Notes under the pieces: model-generated
Seen by the model: the letters and a program-made list of their open reading frames with translations, nothing else
What the model was told of the DNA's origin: nothing
The model's database searches: none
Program-made: the position numbers and the translations under genes
Assembly: GCA_030698625.1 (NCBI GenBank)
Contig: JAUYMS010000026.1
Span: 14,841-78,840, forward strand
Length of the DNA stretch: 64,000 nt
Direction of reading: 5' to 3'
From: Candidatus Omnitrophota bacterium
GTDB lineage: Bacteria; Omnitrophota; Omnitrophia; Omnitrophales; Aquincolibacteriaceae
In this document: in pieces, positions 37,287-47,215 of the stretch
How the letters are laid out: each line of letters opens with the position of its first letter
How positions within the stretch are numbered: position 1 is the first letter of the stretch

Positions 37287-38824
37287 GTCTCGTAACTGTC
37301 TTTGACCCAGGCATCGAGAACAGAATTCGGATGGTGGATGACCTGTGCATCAAGGACGAATTTGTCACGCGGTTTCTTCTTCTGAATCAATCCCAAGCCA
37401 TAGGCATAGTTCGAGAGCAACTGCTCAAGAAACGCCACCGATTCCTGCCCTTCTTCGATAATCTTCAGCACCACCGCTTCGCGCGCAGATTGATCGAATT
37501 CAATGGCAAGACCGCTCTTGGCTAAAAACGTCCTTTCGAATTCGTCGATGGCTGCCTGAATCTCGGTCTCGCGCTTCGTGCGTTCTTCCCTCAGAAGAGC
37601 GCGCAGCCCTTCCTTTGGGCTGACGACCATCTCGGGCGTCAACGTGAAGTCCTTAACATGGCTGGAAGGAAATTCAAACTTAAGATCCCTAAAAGTCCGC
37701 TCACAAACGGTCAACAAACCACGCGCACCGGTTTCTTCACGCCCGGCCTGTTTGGCGATTTCCCACAACGCCATGTCATCGAAACTCATGTTGATTCCGT
37801 AAGCGCGGAAACTCGCCTCATATTGCCTTAGAATCGAGCCTTCCGACGAAGTTAAAACGCGGTAGAGATCCTCTTCCATGAGGTGATCACAGACAACACG
37901 GACGGGCAAGCGGCCGACAAACTCCGGCTCAAAACCATACTGAATGAAATCAGCCGTAGACGCGAGACGCCACGACGCGGACGCCTCTACAACCCGCCGC
38001 GTGTCGACGTTAAATCCTGCGGCCTGTGATTTCAAGCGGCGTGCCACAATTGACTCCAGGCCGCCGAAAGCACCGCTCACGATAAAAAGAACGTGGCGGG
38101 TATTGAGCGTCGGTTTGGTCAGTTTGCCCTTCTGTTGATATTCGAACATTGCCTGAATTTGGGACTGAATGTCGTTCTGGGCCCTCAGAGGCACATCGGT
38201 ATCTTCCATGATTTTCAGCAGACCGCGCTGCACTCCGGTGCCGGAAACATCACGGCCCATCGACTGACTCGGAGTTGAAATCTTATCGATCTCATCGATA
38301 TAGACCATACCGTATTTCGCGAGTTCGACATCTCCTTCCGCCTGGTGAACCAAATCCCTGATGAGATCTTCGACATCCCCTCCGACATAACCGGTTTCAC
38401 TGAACTTAGTCGCATCGGCCTTTACAAACGGTACGCCGATGAGCTCTGCGAGACTTTTGACGAGATAAGTCTTTCCCACTCCGGTCGGCCCAAGCATTAG
38501 AATATTCTGTTTGGTATAGTTTTGAAGCTTGTTTCCCCGCTCTGAATCGCGGACATAGTTGTAATGATCACATACGGCTGTTGCCAGCACACGCTTCGCT
38601 TCTTCTTGTTTAATGACATAGCGGTCAAGATGTCGCTTCACATCCTTGGGCTTGCGGTCAAAAGCGAGGATGTGCTCACGTTTTTTTTTCTGTTTATCCT
38701 CTTTTTCCTCCTCGACCTTCTGGCTCTCAGGATTCTTGGCAGGAGCACCTTGCGGCATCATCCGCTTCATGGCCTCCATGATTTCCTTCTGTATTTTTTC
38801 AGGATCGCTTTTTTCACTCATCAA
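37283..38824 (-). CDS. ClpX-like AAA+ unfoldase paralogue. It lacks the N-terminal zinc-binding domain and carries a Lys/Glu-rich N-terminus and a ~90-aa C-terminal extension.
   Basis: Collinear with E. coli ClpX: NILMLGPTGVGKTYL, GYVG pore loop, VYIDEIDKI, sensor/Arg-finger region. The IGF loop reads AGF. No clpP is adjacent. Confidence 0.8.
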   Translation of the reverse strand: MMSEKSDPEKIQKEIMEAMKRMMPQGAPAKNPESQKVEEEKEDKQKKKREHILAFDRKPKDVKRHLDRYVIKQEEAKRVLATAVCDHYNYVRDSERGNKLQNYTKQNILMLGPTGVGKTYLVKSLAELIGVPFVKADATKFSETGYVGGDVEDLIRDLVHQAEGDVELAKYGMVYIDEIDKISTPSQSMGRDVSGTGVQRGLLKIMEDTDVPLRAQNDIQSQIQAMFEYQQKGKLTKPTLNTRHVLFIVSGAFGGLESIVARRLKSQAAGFNVDTRRVVEASASWRLASTADFIQYGFEPEFVGRLPVRVVCDHLMEEDLYRVLTSSEGSILRQYEASFRAYGINMSFDDMALWEIAKQAGREETGARGLLTVCERTFRDLKFEFPSSHVKDFTLTPEMVVSPKEGLRALLREERTKRETEIQAAIDEFERTFLAKSGLAIEFDQSAREAVVLKIIEEGQESVAFLEQLLSNYAYGLGLIQKKKPRDKFVLDAQVIHHPNSVLDAWVKDSYET

Positions 38825-40403
38825 GGAACCTCTTTTGGGGTTGATGTTCCGGCCTCAGAAGATCGTTAACAGTTTTGACCGGATTAAATGTATGAAGCGG
38901 AACCTCCAGGAATACCGTAATCCATTCGGCCATCGCTCCGTTCCAGAGCCCGGGAACTTCCAGGGATTTAAGCTCTTTTCCGTCTTTAGACTTTCGCGTG
39001 ATAAATCCCATCTGGGGATCTGTAAACTCCGCAAACCGGTAAGGGATACTGTTCCTGTCACGCAAGCCGCAAACCATATCTACAGGGTTAAAATGCGTCG
39101 CTTGCGACAACAGGCCCTTTTGAACCGGATTTTCTCTATCAATCTGCGCCTTCTCTACAATCTGAAGCGAGATTCCTTCTGTCCCTTGAATCCAGAAAGG
39201 TCCGCCTCCGGGCTCCCCCCGGTTCGGCACCATTGCGCATACCCGAATGGGCCGATTGAGGCTCCGTAGAAGGACAGCTATCTGTTCGCCCGTCTCCAGC
39301 CGGCTGAACGCCGTCTCATCGACCCTCACAATTTGCGGGCCGGCCATCCTGTGAATAGACTCTATTTGCTTTTCATCGGGATCGCTGTCTTCGAGCGTCT
39401 TAATCCATGAAAAGATTTGCTTCTGGAGGCGCACTAGATAACCGCCCAGGATCTTTTTGTATTTGTAAGTTTCTTCCTTCATGTGATCCGGAACAATGTT
39501 ATCGATATTTTTGATAAAGACGAGATCGGCTCTGAGTTCTTCCAGATTTTCCAACAGGGCCCCGTGCCCTGCCGGACGAAAGACGAGACTTCCCGATTTA
39601 TCCCGAAAGGGGCAATTCTTAAGATCGACCGCGATGGTGTCCGTTGAGCTCTTCTGAACCGAATAGGTAATCTCGAAGTGCGTTCCGCTTGTCTCATAGT
39701 CAGACAGCACGGACTGCAGGTATTCGCAGACTTGTTCCCGGTGCTCCTGGGCGACCGTGAAGTGAATCAGCACCTTCCCTTGAGCATCCCGAGCATGTTC
39801 ACGGCTCTCAACGAGATGCTCTTCAAAGGCCGTTCGCGCTCGCCCTGGATAGTCGTGAAAAAGGATTAGGCCCTTCGGGAGCAAAGCATAACCTAATCCG
39901 GCCTCGAATAAGACTCCCTCAAGCACGGGGAGGTATTCCCTTTCCGTTGTCAGGGTTTCGATATCCTGACCTTTGCGCTTTAGAGCTTCTTTGAGATGCT
40001 CAAAAAAGGCAAACTTGCGTAAGTTCTGCGCAAATTCGACGAATGCCTTTTCGTCATCATCCGCTGCTGCATTACCGTTGCCGGCAAGAAGTTTCAGGCG
40101 CTCGGCTCCATGTCCGTGCACAGCCAGCAACGACTTGAACATGCGGCTGGCGGCGCCGGAGGCCGGCACGAATTTCATGAATCGCCCCTCGGCCACAGCT
40201 TCATCGCTGAGCGCAGCAAGCTCGGCAACTTCGGCGTCCGGCACAAGCGTAATCCCGTCACCGAGAGTGCAGGGCCGCACGAGCTTCACAAACGGGAATC
40301 CCTTTCTCAAGGCCTCAATCTGTTCGAGCACGCGCTCGAGCGTCGAACCGCGCTCTGCAATCTGTTTCCGGTCGGGGGCAGTGAATGGGGATGTTTTTGG
40401 CAT
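38814..40403 (-). CDS. DUF4301-family protein, a nucleotidyltransferase-like protein of unknown function. The start is refined to ATG 40403.
   Basis: N-terminal FTAPDRKQIAERGSTLERVLEQIEALRKGFPFVKLVRPCTLGDGI matches the DUF4301 N-terminal pattern. The ATG at 40403 leaves an 8-nt gap after the upstream receiver gene. Confidence 0.5.
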   Translation of the reverse strand: MPKTSPFTAPDRKQIAERGSTLERVLEQIEALRKGFPFVKLVRPCTLGDGITLVPDAEVAELAALSDEAVAEGRFMKFVPASGAASRMFKSLLAVHGHGAERLKLLAGNGNAAADDDEKAFVEFAQNLRKFAFFEHLKEALKRKGQDIETLTTEREYLPVLEGVLFEAGLGYALLPKGLILFHDYPGRARTAFEEHLVESREHARDAQGKVLIHFTVAQEHREQVCEYLQSVLSDYETSGTHFEITYSVQKSSTDTIAVDLKNCPFRDKSGSLVFRPAGHGALLENLEELRADLVFIKNIDNIVPDHMKEETYKYKKILGGYLVRLQKQIFSWIKTLEDSDPDEKQIESIHRMAGPQIVRVDETAFSRLETGEQIAVLLRSLNRPIRVCAMVPNRGEPGGGPFWIQGTEGISLQIVEKAQIDRENPVQKGLLSQATHFNPVDMVCGLRDRNSIPYRFAEFTDPQMGFITRKSKDGKELKSLEVPGLWNGAMAEWITVFLEVPLHTFNPVKTVNDLLRPEHQPQKRFLDE

Positions 40404-40410
40404 CGTTGGA

Positions 40411-40806
40411 TTAAGAAATCTTACCTCGCGGGATCGGGCCTTCAGTCTCCAGGAGGCGCTTGATCGCTCCGAGGAGGTCCTCCGGCTCAAAGGGTTTACG
40501 AATATAGACATCGGCAACGGCTGAGTTTTCTCCCACTTTATCTCGCACAAAGGCGCTGAGCACAATGATCGGAATGTCCTTGAGTTTCTCGTCTTCACGC
40601 AAAAGACGGCAGAGCTGAAACCCGTTTATCTTGGGCATGTTGATATCGAGGATCGCGAGATCCGGCTTGTTGGACCGGCACTTCTCCAAGGCCTCCTCGC
40701 CGTCACCTGCCGTGATCACCTCATAGCCATTCTTTTTTAGACGATTCTTCACAAGAATGACGATGGTGCGCTCATCATCTACGAATAAGATCTTATTTTT
40801 CGCCAA
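40411..40806 (-). CDS. Stand-alone response-regulator receiver (CheY-like).
   Basis: KILFVDDE...DLAILDINMP...KPF motifs. Confidence 0.8.
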   Translation of the reverse strand: MAKNKILFVDDERTIVILVKNRLKKNGYEVITAGDGEEALEKCRSNKPDLAILDINMPKINGFQLCRLLREDEKLKDIPIIVLSAFVRDKVGENSAVADVYIRKPFEPEDLLGAIKRLLETEGPIPRGKIS

Positions 40807-40934
40807 AGTTACGCCTCTCTGTAGGCGCTAGAAAATGGTTGCGACAGGGCCTTTCATGAAGTAAAGTTATAGCAAAGCTGAGCCAATCTTCCAACTGCAA
40901 AACGAAACGGAGCAAACGCTTGAGTCTAAGCAAT

Positions 40935-41399
40935 ATGAAAGCCAAAGACTTGATGAGCAAATCTGCCATTGTGGTCCCCCTTGACATGTTGATCACTGAT
41001 CTCGCGAAGCTCCTGCGAGAGAAGCGTATCGGCGGCGTTCCCGTTATGAACGAAAAGGAAAAGATCTGCGGGGTCGTCACTGTCACCGATCTGTTCCGGG
41101 TCATGGATATCATGAGAAAAGTCGGAAAGCGTCGCAAGAATTGGTTCTTCAATTTCATGTCCAGCAAAAAGACCATGCTCGTCAAGGATATTTACACCCG
41201 CCGCCTCATCAGCGTTGTCCCGGAAACAAGCGTCGAGGACGTAGTCAACCTCATGATTGACCGCAAGATCCATACAATCCCGGTAATGAACAAGGAGCAG
41301 ACCGAGCTATACGGAGTCATCGGACGCCACGACGTTACCGCCGCCGCATTAGGCATCACACGCGCCGCCCAAAAAGAATTCGCTTCCAGGCACCACTAA
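40935..41399 (+). CDS. Protein with a CBS-domain pair.
   Basis: Two CBS repeats (IGGVPVMNEKEKICGVVTVTDL...; IHTIPVMNKEQTELYGVIGRHDV). The ORF-track TTG at 40920 is an alternative start. Confidence 0.75.
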   Translation: MKAKDLMSKSAIVVPLDMLITDLAKLLREKRIGGVPVMNEKEKICGVVTVTDLFRVMDIMRKVGKRRKNWFFNFMSSKKTMLVKDIYTRRLISVVPETSVEDVVNLMIDRKIHTIPVMNKEQTELYGVIGRHDVTAAALGITRAAQKEFASRHH

Positions 41400-41406
41400 A
41401 AAAAGT

Positions 41407-43173
41407 CTACTTTTTCCGCTTAAAATGTTTCTCTAATTCCGAGAAGGTCTGATTAAACAATGTGGGTCTGCCATGGGGACAGCTGAACGGGTTGTCACAG
41501 GCCGCCAGACGTTCAAGTAAAGCCCGCACTGCATCCGGCATCAGGGGATCATGTGCCTTGACCGATCGTCTCTTGCAGGCGATAAGCGCCACGATATCCT
41601 CCGCACGGTTTTCGAGCTGAGTCCGAACCTTTCCTTCTTCTCTTTCCTCAATGTAAGTTTTAAGAAACGAAACGGGGTCACGAACGTCTAGGGCCGCCGG
41701 ATAAGATCGGATGACAAAAGCATTTACGCCAAAGGGCTCAATCTGAAAACCGATACGGATCAAGAGCGGAATGGCGTCCTTGAAAATTTCAACCTGCCTT
41801 GGGTGCAGCTCCAACACTTCCTCCATGAGCAGGTTCTGCCTAGCCCCTTCGCCGCTCTCAAAATTCTTAAGCAACGCTTCAAACATCACCCTTTCATGTG
41901 CCGCATGCTGATCGACCAGCATGAAACCCTCTTCGGTTTCGGCTACGATAAAGGTATTGTGAATCTGTCCGAGGACTTTCGTGATACGGAGTTTGTCGCG
42001 AAAACGAATAGGCGTCTCGAGGGCCGTCTCTGTCTCGACGAGTTTGAAAGCCGGGGCATCAGCCAATTCAGGCAACTCCCGGTCTAGTCGGCGCGACTGA
42101 GCATAACTTGTTTGCGAGGGTGGACCGAAAACAGCGCGGGCCGTCGAGGATCCCGCCGCAGGCGTGAGACTAGGGCTCAGATCCCCCGCCCTTTCCAGGC
42201 ACTGGGTTACAGCCTTCTTGATAAAAGACTTGATTTCCGCCTCGTTAGATATCCGAACCTCCTGCTTTGTTGGATGCACATTGACATCGACCCGAGCCAG
42301 ATCCACATCCACAAACAACACGGCCGTGGGGAATTGCCCATGCATGAGAAGTCCATGATAACCTGCCTGCAGAGCGTAACCGAATGAAAAGGATTTAACC
42401 CAGCGCCCATTGACGAAGAAAAGCTCAGAGGAGCGATTTGCTTTGTGCAGGATCGGCTTTCCGATAATGCCATGGATATGAATTCCATTGGTCTGGTCAT
42501 CAATCTCCAAGAGGTTCTTGGCGATCTCTTTACCCATCATCTCGGAAGCGCGGTACAAAAGTCCCTGTCCCGGAGCTAAATCAAATATCCTCTTGCCCGA
42601 CGACCGGAACGCCAAGTGGATGCTAGGGCGAGAGTAACCAAAGTGTGTCGCGGTATCCATGATATGTCCCATCTCCGTCGAATCTGCCCTAAGGAATTTT
42701 CGCCGGGCCGGGGTATTAAAGAAGAGGTCGCGAACCTCCACGATCGTTCCCTCACGGCAGGGGCTCTGCTTGGCTCCGGTGAACTTACCGCCTTCGATGG
42801 TAATTTCCGTACCGACAGACTCCCCTTGCAGTCTCGTCTGCATCTTCACCCTTGAGACTGCCGCAATGCTGGAGAGAGCTTCACCTCGGAACCCAAGTGA
42901 GGCAAGGGTCTCAAGGTCACTGGCCTCTTTGATTTTGCTTGTCGCATGACGCTTGAACGCCAGTTCGGCGTCACTTGCCGACATCCCCTTGCCGTTGTCA
43001 GCGATACGAATCAGACTCTTACCGCCATTCTTGACTTCAATCTCTACCGAGTTTGCCCCTGCATCCAGTGAGTTCTCAACGAGTTCCTTGACGATAGAAC
43101 TCGGACGTTCAATGACCTCCCCGGCGGCAATTTTGTTTACGACCTCTTCGGAGAGCACATGGATTATTGACAT
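41407..43173 (-). CDS. mutL: DNA mismatch repair protein MutL.
   Basis: N-terminal GHKL ATPase motifs (KELVENSLDAGA, DNGKGM) and the MutL C-terminal dimerisation domain. Confidence 0.9.
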   Translation of the reverse strand: MSIIHVLSEEVVNKIAAGEVIERPSSIVKELVENSLDAGANSVEIEVKNGGKSLIRIADNGKGMSASDAELAFKRHATSKIKEASDLETLASLGFRGEALSSIAAVSRVKMQTRLQGESVGTEITIEGGKFTGAKQSPCREGTIVEVRDLFFNTPARRKFLRADSTEMGHIMDTATHFGYSRPSIHLAFRSSGKRIFDLAPGQGLLYRASEMMGKEIAKNLLEIDDQTNGIHIHGIIGKPILHKANRSSELFFVNGRWVKSFSFGYALQAGYHGLLMHGQFPTAVLFVDVDLARVDVNVHPTKQEVRISNEAEIKSFIKKAVTQCLERAGDLSPSLTPAAGSSTARAVFGPPSQTSYAQSRRLDRELPELADAPAFKLVETETALETPIRFRDKLRITKVLGQIHNTFIVAETEEGFMLVDQHAAHERVMFEALLKNFESGEGARQNLLMEEVLELHPRQVEIFKDAIPLLIRIGFQIEPFGVNAFVIRSYPAALDVRDPVSFLKTYIEEREEGKVRTQLENRAEDIVALIACKRRSVKAHDPLMPDAVRALLERLAACDNPFSCPHGRPTLFNQTFSELEKHFKRKK

Positions 43174-45803
43174 TTCAAACGCCCTTTCAGCTCGGCAAGT
43201 TTATTGAGTGCCTCAAGCGGGCTCAAGCCGTCGATCGCTAAATTCCGGATCTCTTCGATAATGGGGTGACTTTCAGAGGCCCAATCGAACAGAGACCGCT
43301 GTTGCTCATCCGCTTTGCTTTGCTTCTTTTCCTTTTTTCCCTCGATAATCTGAGTCGCTTCGGTACTTTCACTCTCGAGCACGGCGAGAATCTTCTTAGC
43401 CCGAGCCGTGACATTCTCCGGGATGCCGGCTAAGCAAGCGACATGAATCCCGTAACTACGATCCGATCCGCCGCGCACGACCTTGCGCAAAAAGACAATG
43501 CCTTCCGGCGTTTCGCGTACGGTTATATTGTAATTTTTGATTCCGGGAAAATGCGTCTCCAGTTGCGTCAACTCATGGTAATGCGTCGCAAACAACGTCC
43601 GCGGCTTTACCGAACCCTGCGCGAGATGCTCACAAATGGCCCAGGCAATGCTCACTCCGTCAAATGTCGATGTCCCACGCCCGACCTCGTCCAGGATCAA
43701 AAGGCTCCGGTTGGTTGCTTTCTGCAGGATATTAGCCGTCTCCACCATTTCGACCATGAAGGTACTCTCGCCTCGCGCGAGATCATCACTCGCTCCGATA
43801 CGCGTGAAGATCCGATCGACAAGCCCAATGCGGGCTGACTTTGCCGGAATATAAGAACCGATCTGAGCGAGCAGGACAAGCAGACCCGTCTGCCGGATAT
43901 AGGTTGATTTGCCGGCCATGTTCGGCCCCGTGAGCACGATCAGCTGATTGTCAGCGTCATCGAGATAGGTATCATTCTCCACAAACTGGCCCGCCGGAAG
44001 CATGGCCTCCACGACAGGATGACGTCCGCCCTCAATGATCAATTCTCCCGTCTCGACCAGAGTAGGGACCACCCAATTCTTCTGGGAAGCGGTCACCGCC
44101 AGAGAACAAAGGGCATCCAGAACCCCGACTGCCTTACTCATCGCCTGGAGCGAAGAAAGCTCTTCCAAGATCTTCTCGCGAATCTCATTAAAGAGTTTGT
44201 ATTCGAGGGCCTTGATCTTGTCTTGCGCCCCCGTAATCTTCTCATCCCAACTCTTGAGCTCGGGCACCACGAAACGCTCCGCATTGGCCAACGTCTGTCT
44301 CCGGGTATAATCTTCCGGCACGAGATTCAGACTGCCCTTACTGACTTCAAGGGTGTAGCCAAATACCTGCGAATATTTGATCCTCAGATTCTTGATGCCG
44401 GTCCGTGCACTTTCCCTCTGCTGAAACTCGAGAATCCAGGATTTCCCCTTCTTTGAAATCTCGCGTAACTCGTCCAGATCATCGCAGTATCTGTCCCGAA
44501 TCAATCCGCCGTCTTTCAGAGATAGCGGCGGCGTCTCGACGACGGCCTCTTTGATGAGCTGCCTCAGATTCGGGAAGGGAATCATGGTGCCCAGGATATC
44601 TTTGAGCGCCGGAACACGTGACTTCCCGAGCAAAGACTGAATCTCCGGCACACGCTCGAGAAACACCTTCAAATTTACAAGGTCCCGAGCATTCGCCACT
44701 CCGTAATTGAGACGGCTCAGCGTGCGTTCCATGTCTTTAACGCCCTGAAACAGGCTTCTGAGAGCGTGTGTCCGTTGGACGTCCTTGACCAACTCCGAGA
44801 CGGCCGTCTGACGCCGTTCTATAGTCTCCAAGGCAAGCAATGGATGAGTCACCCAATGATAGAGCGTACGAGCACCCATCGAGGTCAAGGACTGGTCGAT
44901 GCTCGCCAGCAACGTCCCTGCCCCCTTCTTATCCTGCAGGGTCGTCACTAACTCGAGACTCTTTTGAGCGGAGCGGTCCAGAATCATAAACTCATCCGCT
45001 TCCAGGAAGGAGGGCATCTGAATATGATTGATAGCAGCGTGGAAGTGATCACGCAGATAATAGAGAACTGCGCCTGCGGCACCGACGGCGAGGGGACGAT
45101 CCGAAAAGCCGACGGCCTTTTCCGAGGCAAGCTGAAAATTCGACTTCAGGAGCTGTAGCCCTTCGGCAGCCTCAAAGATCCAATCCTCATAGACTGTCAT
45201 GCTTACGTTGAGGCTTTCCCGGAAAAAAGTCATGAGCGATTCGTCTTCCGAAAGGCTCCTTGCACAGATGATCTCCCGCGGCGCTAGTAGCGTGAGTTCG
45301 CTGGTCAACCTTTCGCGACCGACTTCGCGTACAAAGAACTCACCCGTACTTAGTTCCAGGACGGCAAGGGCAGCGGCCTCCTTCTGACAGACCACAGAAA
45401 TCATATAATCGGGATTCTTACCCCGAGTCTCATCTTCAAGATAAGTAGCGGGAGAGACAATACGCGTAATCTTACGCTCGACGAGGCCCTTAGAGGCCTT
45501 CGGATCACCGACCTGCTCGCAGATAGCCACTTTGAGGTTACGGTCCAACAAGGTCCCGACATAGCCCTGGAAGGCGTGATAAGGGATGCCGCACATGGGA
45601 ACGCGCCCGGCGGAGCCGCCTTCGCGTCCAGTTAAAGTAATATTGAGTATTTCAGAGGCGCGGACGGCGTCTTCAAAAAACATCTCATAGAAGTCGCCCA
45701 ATCGAAAAAACAGAACGGTGTCGGCGGCTAAAGTCTTTTTGATGGACTGGTACTGCTCCATCATCGGGGTGAGTTTGGGGTCTTCGATCGTCTTTTGACT
45801 CAT
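43164..45803 (-). CDS. mutS: DNA mismatch repair protein MutS.
   Basis: N-terminal TPMMEQY...FFRLGDFYEMF mismatch-binding motif, Walker A GPNMAGKST and DEVGRGTST motifs. Confidence 0.9.
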   Translation of the reverse strand: MSQKTIEDPKLTPMMEQYQSIKKTLAADTVLFFRLGDFYEMFFEDAVRASEILNITLTGREGGSAGRVPMCGIPYHAFQGYVGTLLDRNLKVAICEQVGDPKASKGLVERKITRIVSPATYLEDETRGKNPDYMISVVCQKEAAALAVLELSTGEFFVREVGRERLTSELTLLAPREIICARSLSEDESLMTFFRESLNVSMTVYEDWIFEAAEGLQLLKSNFQLASEKAVGFSDRPLAVGAAGAVLYYLRDHFHAAINHIQMPSFLEADEFMILDRSAQKSLELVTTLQDKKGAGTLLASIDQSLTSMGARTLYHWVTHPLLALETIERRQTAVSELVKDVQRTHALRSLFQGVKDMERTLSRLNYGVANARDLVNLKVFLERVPEIQSLLGKSRVPALKDILGTMIPFPNLRQLIKEAVVETPPLSLKDGGLIRDRYCDDLDELREISKKGKSWILEFQQRESARTGIKNLRIKYSQVFGYTLEVSKGSLNLVPEDYTRRQTLANAERFVVPELKSWDEKITGAQDKIKALEYKLFNEIREKILEELSSLQAMSKAVGVLDALCSLAVTASQKNWVVPTLVETGELIIEGGRHPVVEAMLPAGQFVENDTYLDDADNQLIVLTGPNMAGKSTYIRQTGLLVLLAQIGSYIPAKSARIGLVDRIFTRIGASDDLARGESTFMVEMVETANILQKATNRSLLILDEVGRGTSTFDGVSIAWAICEHLAQGSVKPRTLFATHYHELTQLETHFPGIKNYNITVRETPEGIVFLRKVVRGGSDRSYGIHVACLAGIPENVTARAKKILAVLESESTEATQIIEGKKEKKQSKADEQQRSLFDWASESHPIIEEIRNLAIDGLSPLEALNKLAELKGRLKCQ

Positions 45804-45889
45804 TCGGGAAGCAAAATGTAGGCCTTTTTTTCTTATTATAGCAAATTTGCTTCTATTGGCAAGCCTTCGGCTAGTCGATCATTGGAATA

Positions 45890-46246
45890 GTGAAGAAAAT
45901 TCCTTTCATATTTCTCATCCTCGTCCTTAGCAGTGGCCCAGTCTACGCCGGAAGATCCATCCCCTACCGCCAAGCCTCGAGTCCCTACTTTCGGGAGACA
46001 GCGGCCTACTGGACATCCACCAAGCCGGGCTACGCACAGAGGGCCGCGGCCGGCGTCCAGCACGGATTCAAGAATATGCTCCTCGGCTGGACAAATATCT
46101 TTACGGAACCGATGATTCAGCAGGCACGGGGTGAGAACGTCTTGATCGGTGCAGCCAACGGCATTCGAAAAGCTGTGGTAAGTACGGTAGGCGGTGCGGT
46201 TGAGGGCATCTCGGCACCTTTCGTCGCGGCCATCACCGACAACTAA
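45890..46246 (+). CDS. Small secreted protein (signal peptide). Function unknown.
   Basis: GTG start. N-terminal KKIPFIFLILVLSSGPVYA signal-like segment. Glycine-rich C-terminus. Confidence 0.45.
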   Translation: MKKIPFIFLILVLSSGPVYAGRSIPYRQASSPYFRETAAYWTSTKPGYAQRAAAGVQHGFKNMLLGWTNIFTEPMIQQARGENVLIGAANGIRKAVVSTVGGAVEGISAPFVAAITDN

Positions 46247-47214
46247 GACGTCCTTTTCTTACGCTTCCTCACAACCGGCGGGACGGGTTTGCGGCAAGCG
46301 AGACACTCTACGAGGAGTTCCGGCAACGGCTCCTGGCAATGGGGACACAACCGGTACCCATCTGCCACGACTTTTCTTCTCTCCTGCGTCAATGAAGCCA
46401 TCTCTATCCCGATCACCATGACAAAGACACTCGTGAGAAATATCGGAATCACCTTAAAACGAGACAGGCCGTATGGCAGTCCGAAGGCCAAGTCCAGGAT
46501 CCATACACCGTAGGCGACCCAAACGGCAAGATAAAGAACGGCCAGGGAACCGCCGAGGGACCGCGGCAATTCAACACCCAGAAGCCACGAAACCCCAAAC
46601 AGTGCGAGGCCCCCAAAGAGCACGGCGATGAAGGCGACGTTCATCCTCTTGTCTTCGGAGCCTGGATTCATGACATACCGCATAAGTTCTTCGAGATGGA
46701 CGCGAAAATGAATTTTTTCTTCCCGTCCCTCGAAGGTCACCCCGCGGGACTCCAAAACCTGATAGACGATACGCCGAACCTGATGATACTCCGCCCATTT
46801 CAAAAACGTCTTCTCAAAATCCGTAAAGGTTCGGCTCTCCAGAAGAAACTCCTCAAAATAGTGGTTGGCCGCCTCAGGATCACCCCGCGCACTCTTGACG
46901 ACCGCCTGCAGCAGGATGGCAAAACTATTACCGCCATAATCGCGGCGGGCCGCATCCAGAAGCCCCCAGATTTCCGCCTCTGAGCCTCCGGTGGCCATGG
47001 CCATCGTCGCACGTGACGTATTTGCGAGGGAATCATTCAGGCCTTTGAGTTTGAGCGGCCTAGCAGCGGCCACTTTCTGCAATCGCTCAGAAGCGCGCTT
47101 GATCAACTCCGAGAACTGTCCGCCATAATCAATGGCAGGCTCCTGCCCCATCTCAATATTCGCTGTGGCAATCCACAACGGAGCAAGCAGGATCAGCCAA
47201 TAAGAATTTCTCAT
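46243..47214 (-). CDS. Hypothetical protein with a signal peptide, a soluble domain, a transmembrane segment cluster and a C-terminal CxxC...CxxC zinc ribbon. The start is refined to ATG 47214.
   Basis: MRNSYWLILLAPLWIATA signal. C-terminal CPHCQ...CLAC. A 1-nt gap after the oppF-like stop implies co-transcription. Confidence 0.5.
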   Translation of the reverse strand: MRNSYWLILLAPLWIATANIEMGQEPAIDYGGQFSELIKRASERLQKVAAARPLKLKGLNDSLANTSRATMAMATGGSEAEIWGLLDAARRDYGGNSFAILLQAVVKSARGDPEAANHYFEEFLLESRTFTDFEKTFLKWAEYHQVRRIVYQVLESRGVTFEGREEKIHFRVHLEELMRYVMNPGSEDKRMNVAFIAVLFGGLALFGVSWLLGVELPRSLGGSLAVLYLAVWVAYGVWILDLAFGLPYGLSRFKVIPIFLTSVFVMVIGIEMASLTQERRKVVADGYRLCPHCQEPLPELLVECLACRKPVPPVVRKRKKRTS

Positions 47215-47215
47215 C

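Noticed and set aside
39973-40524. Plus-strand ORFs of 183 and 117 aa inside the DUF4301 gene.
   Set aside because: These are antisense shadow ORFs with a Ser/Ala-rich low-complexity translation.
40404-40598. 65-codon N-terminal extension of the DUF4301 ORF, overlapping the upstream response regulator.
   Set aside because: Its composition is not protein-like. An internal ATG at 40403 fits the family N-terminus and the gene spacing.
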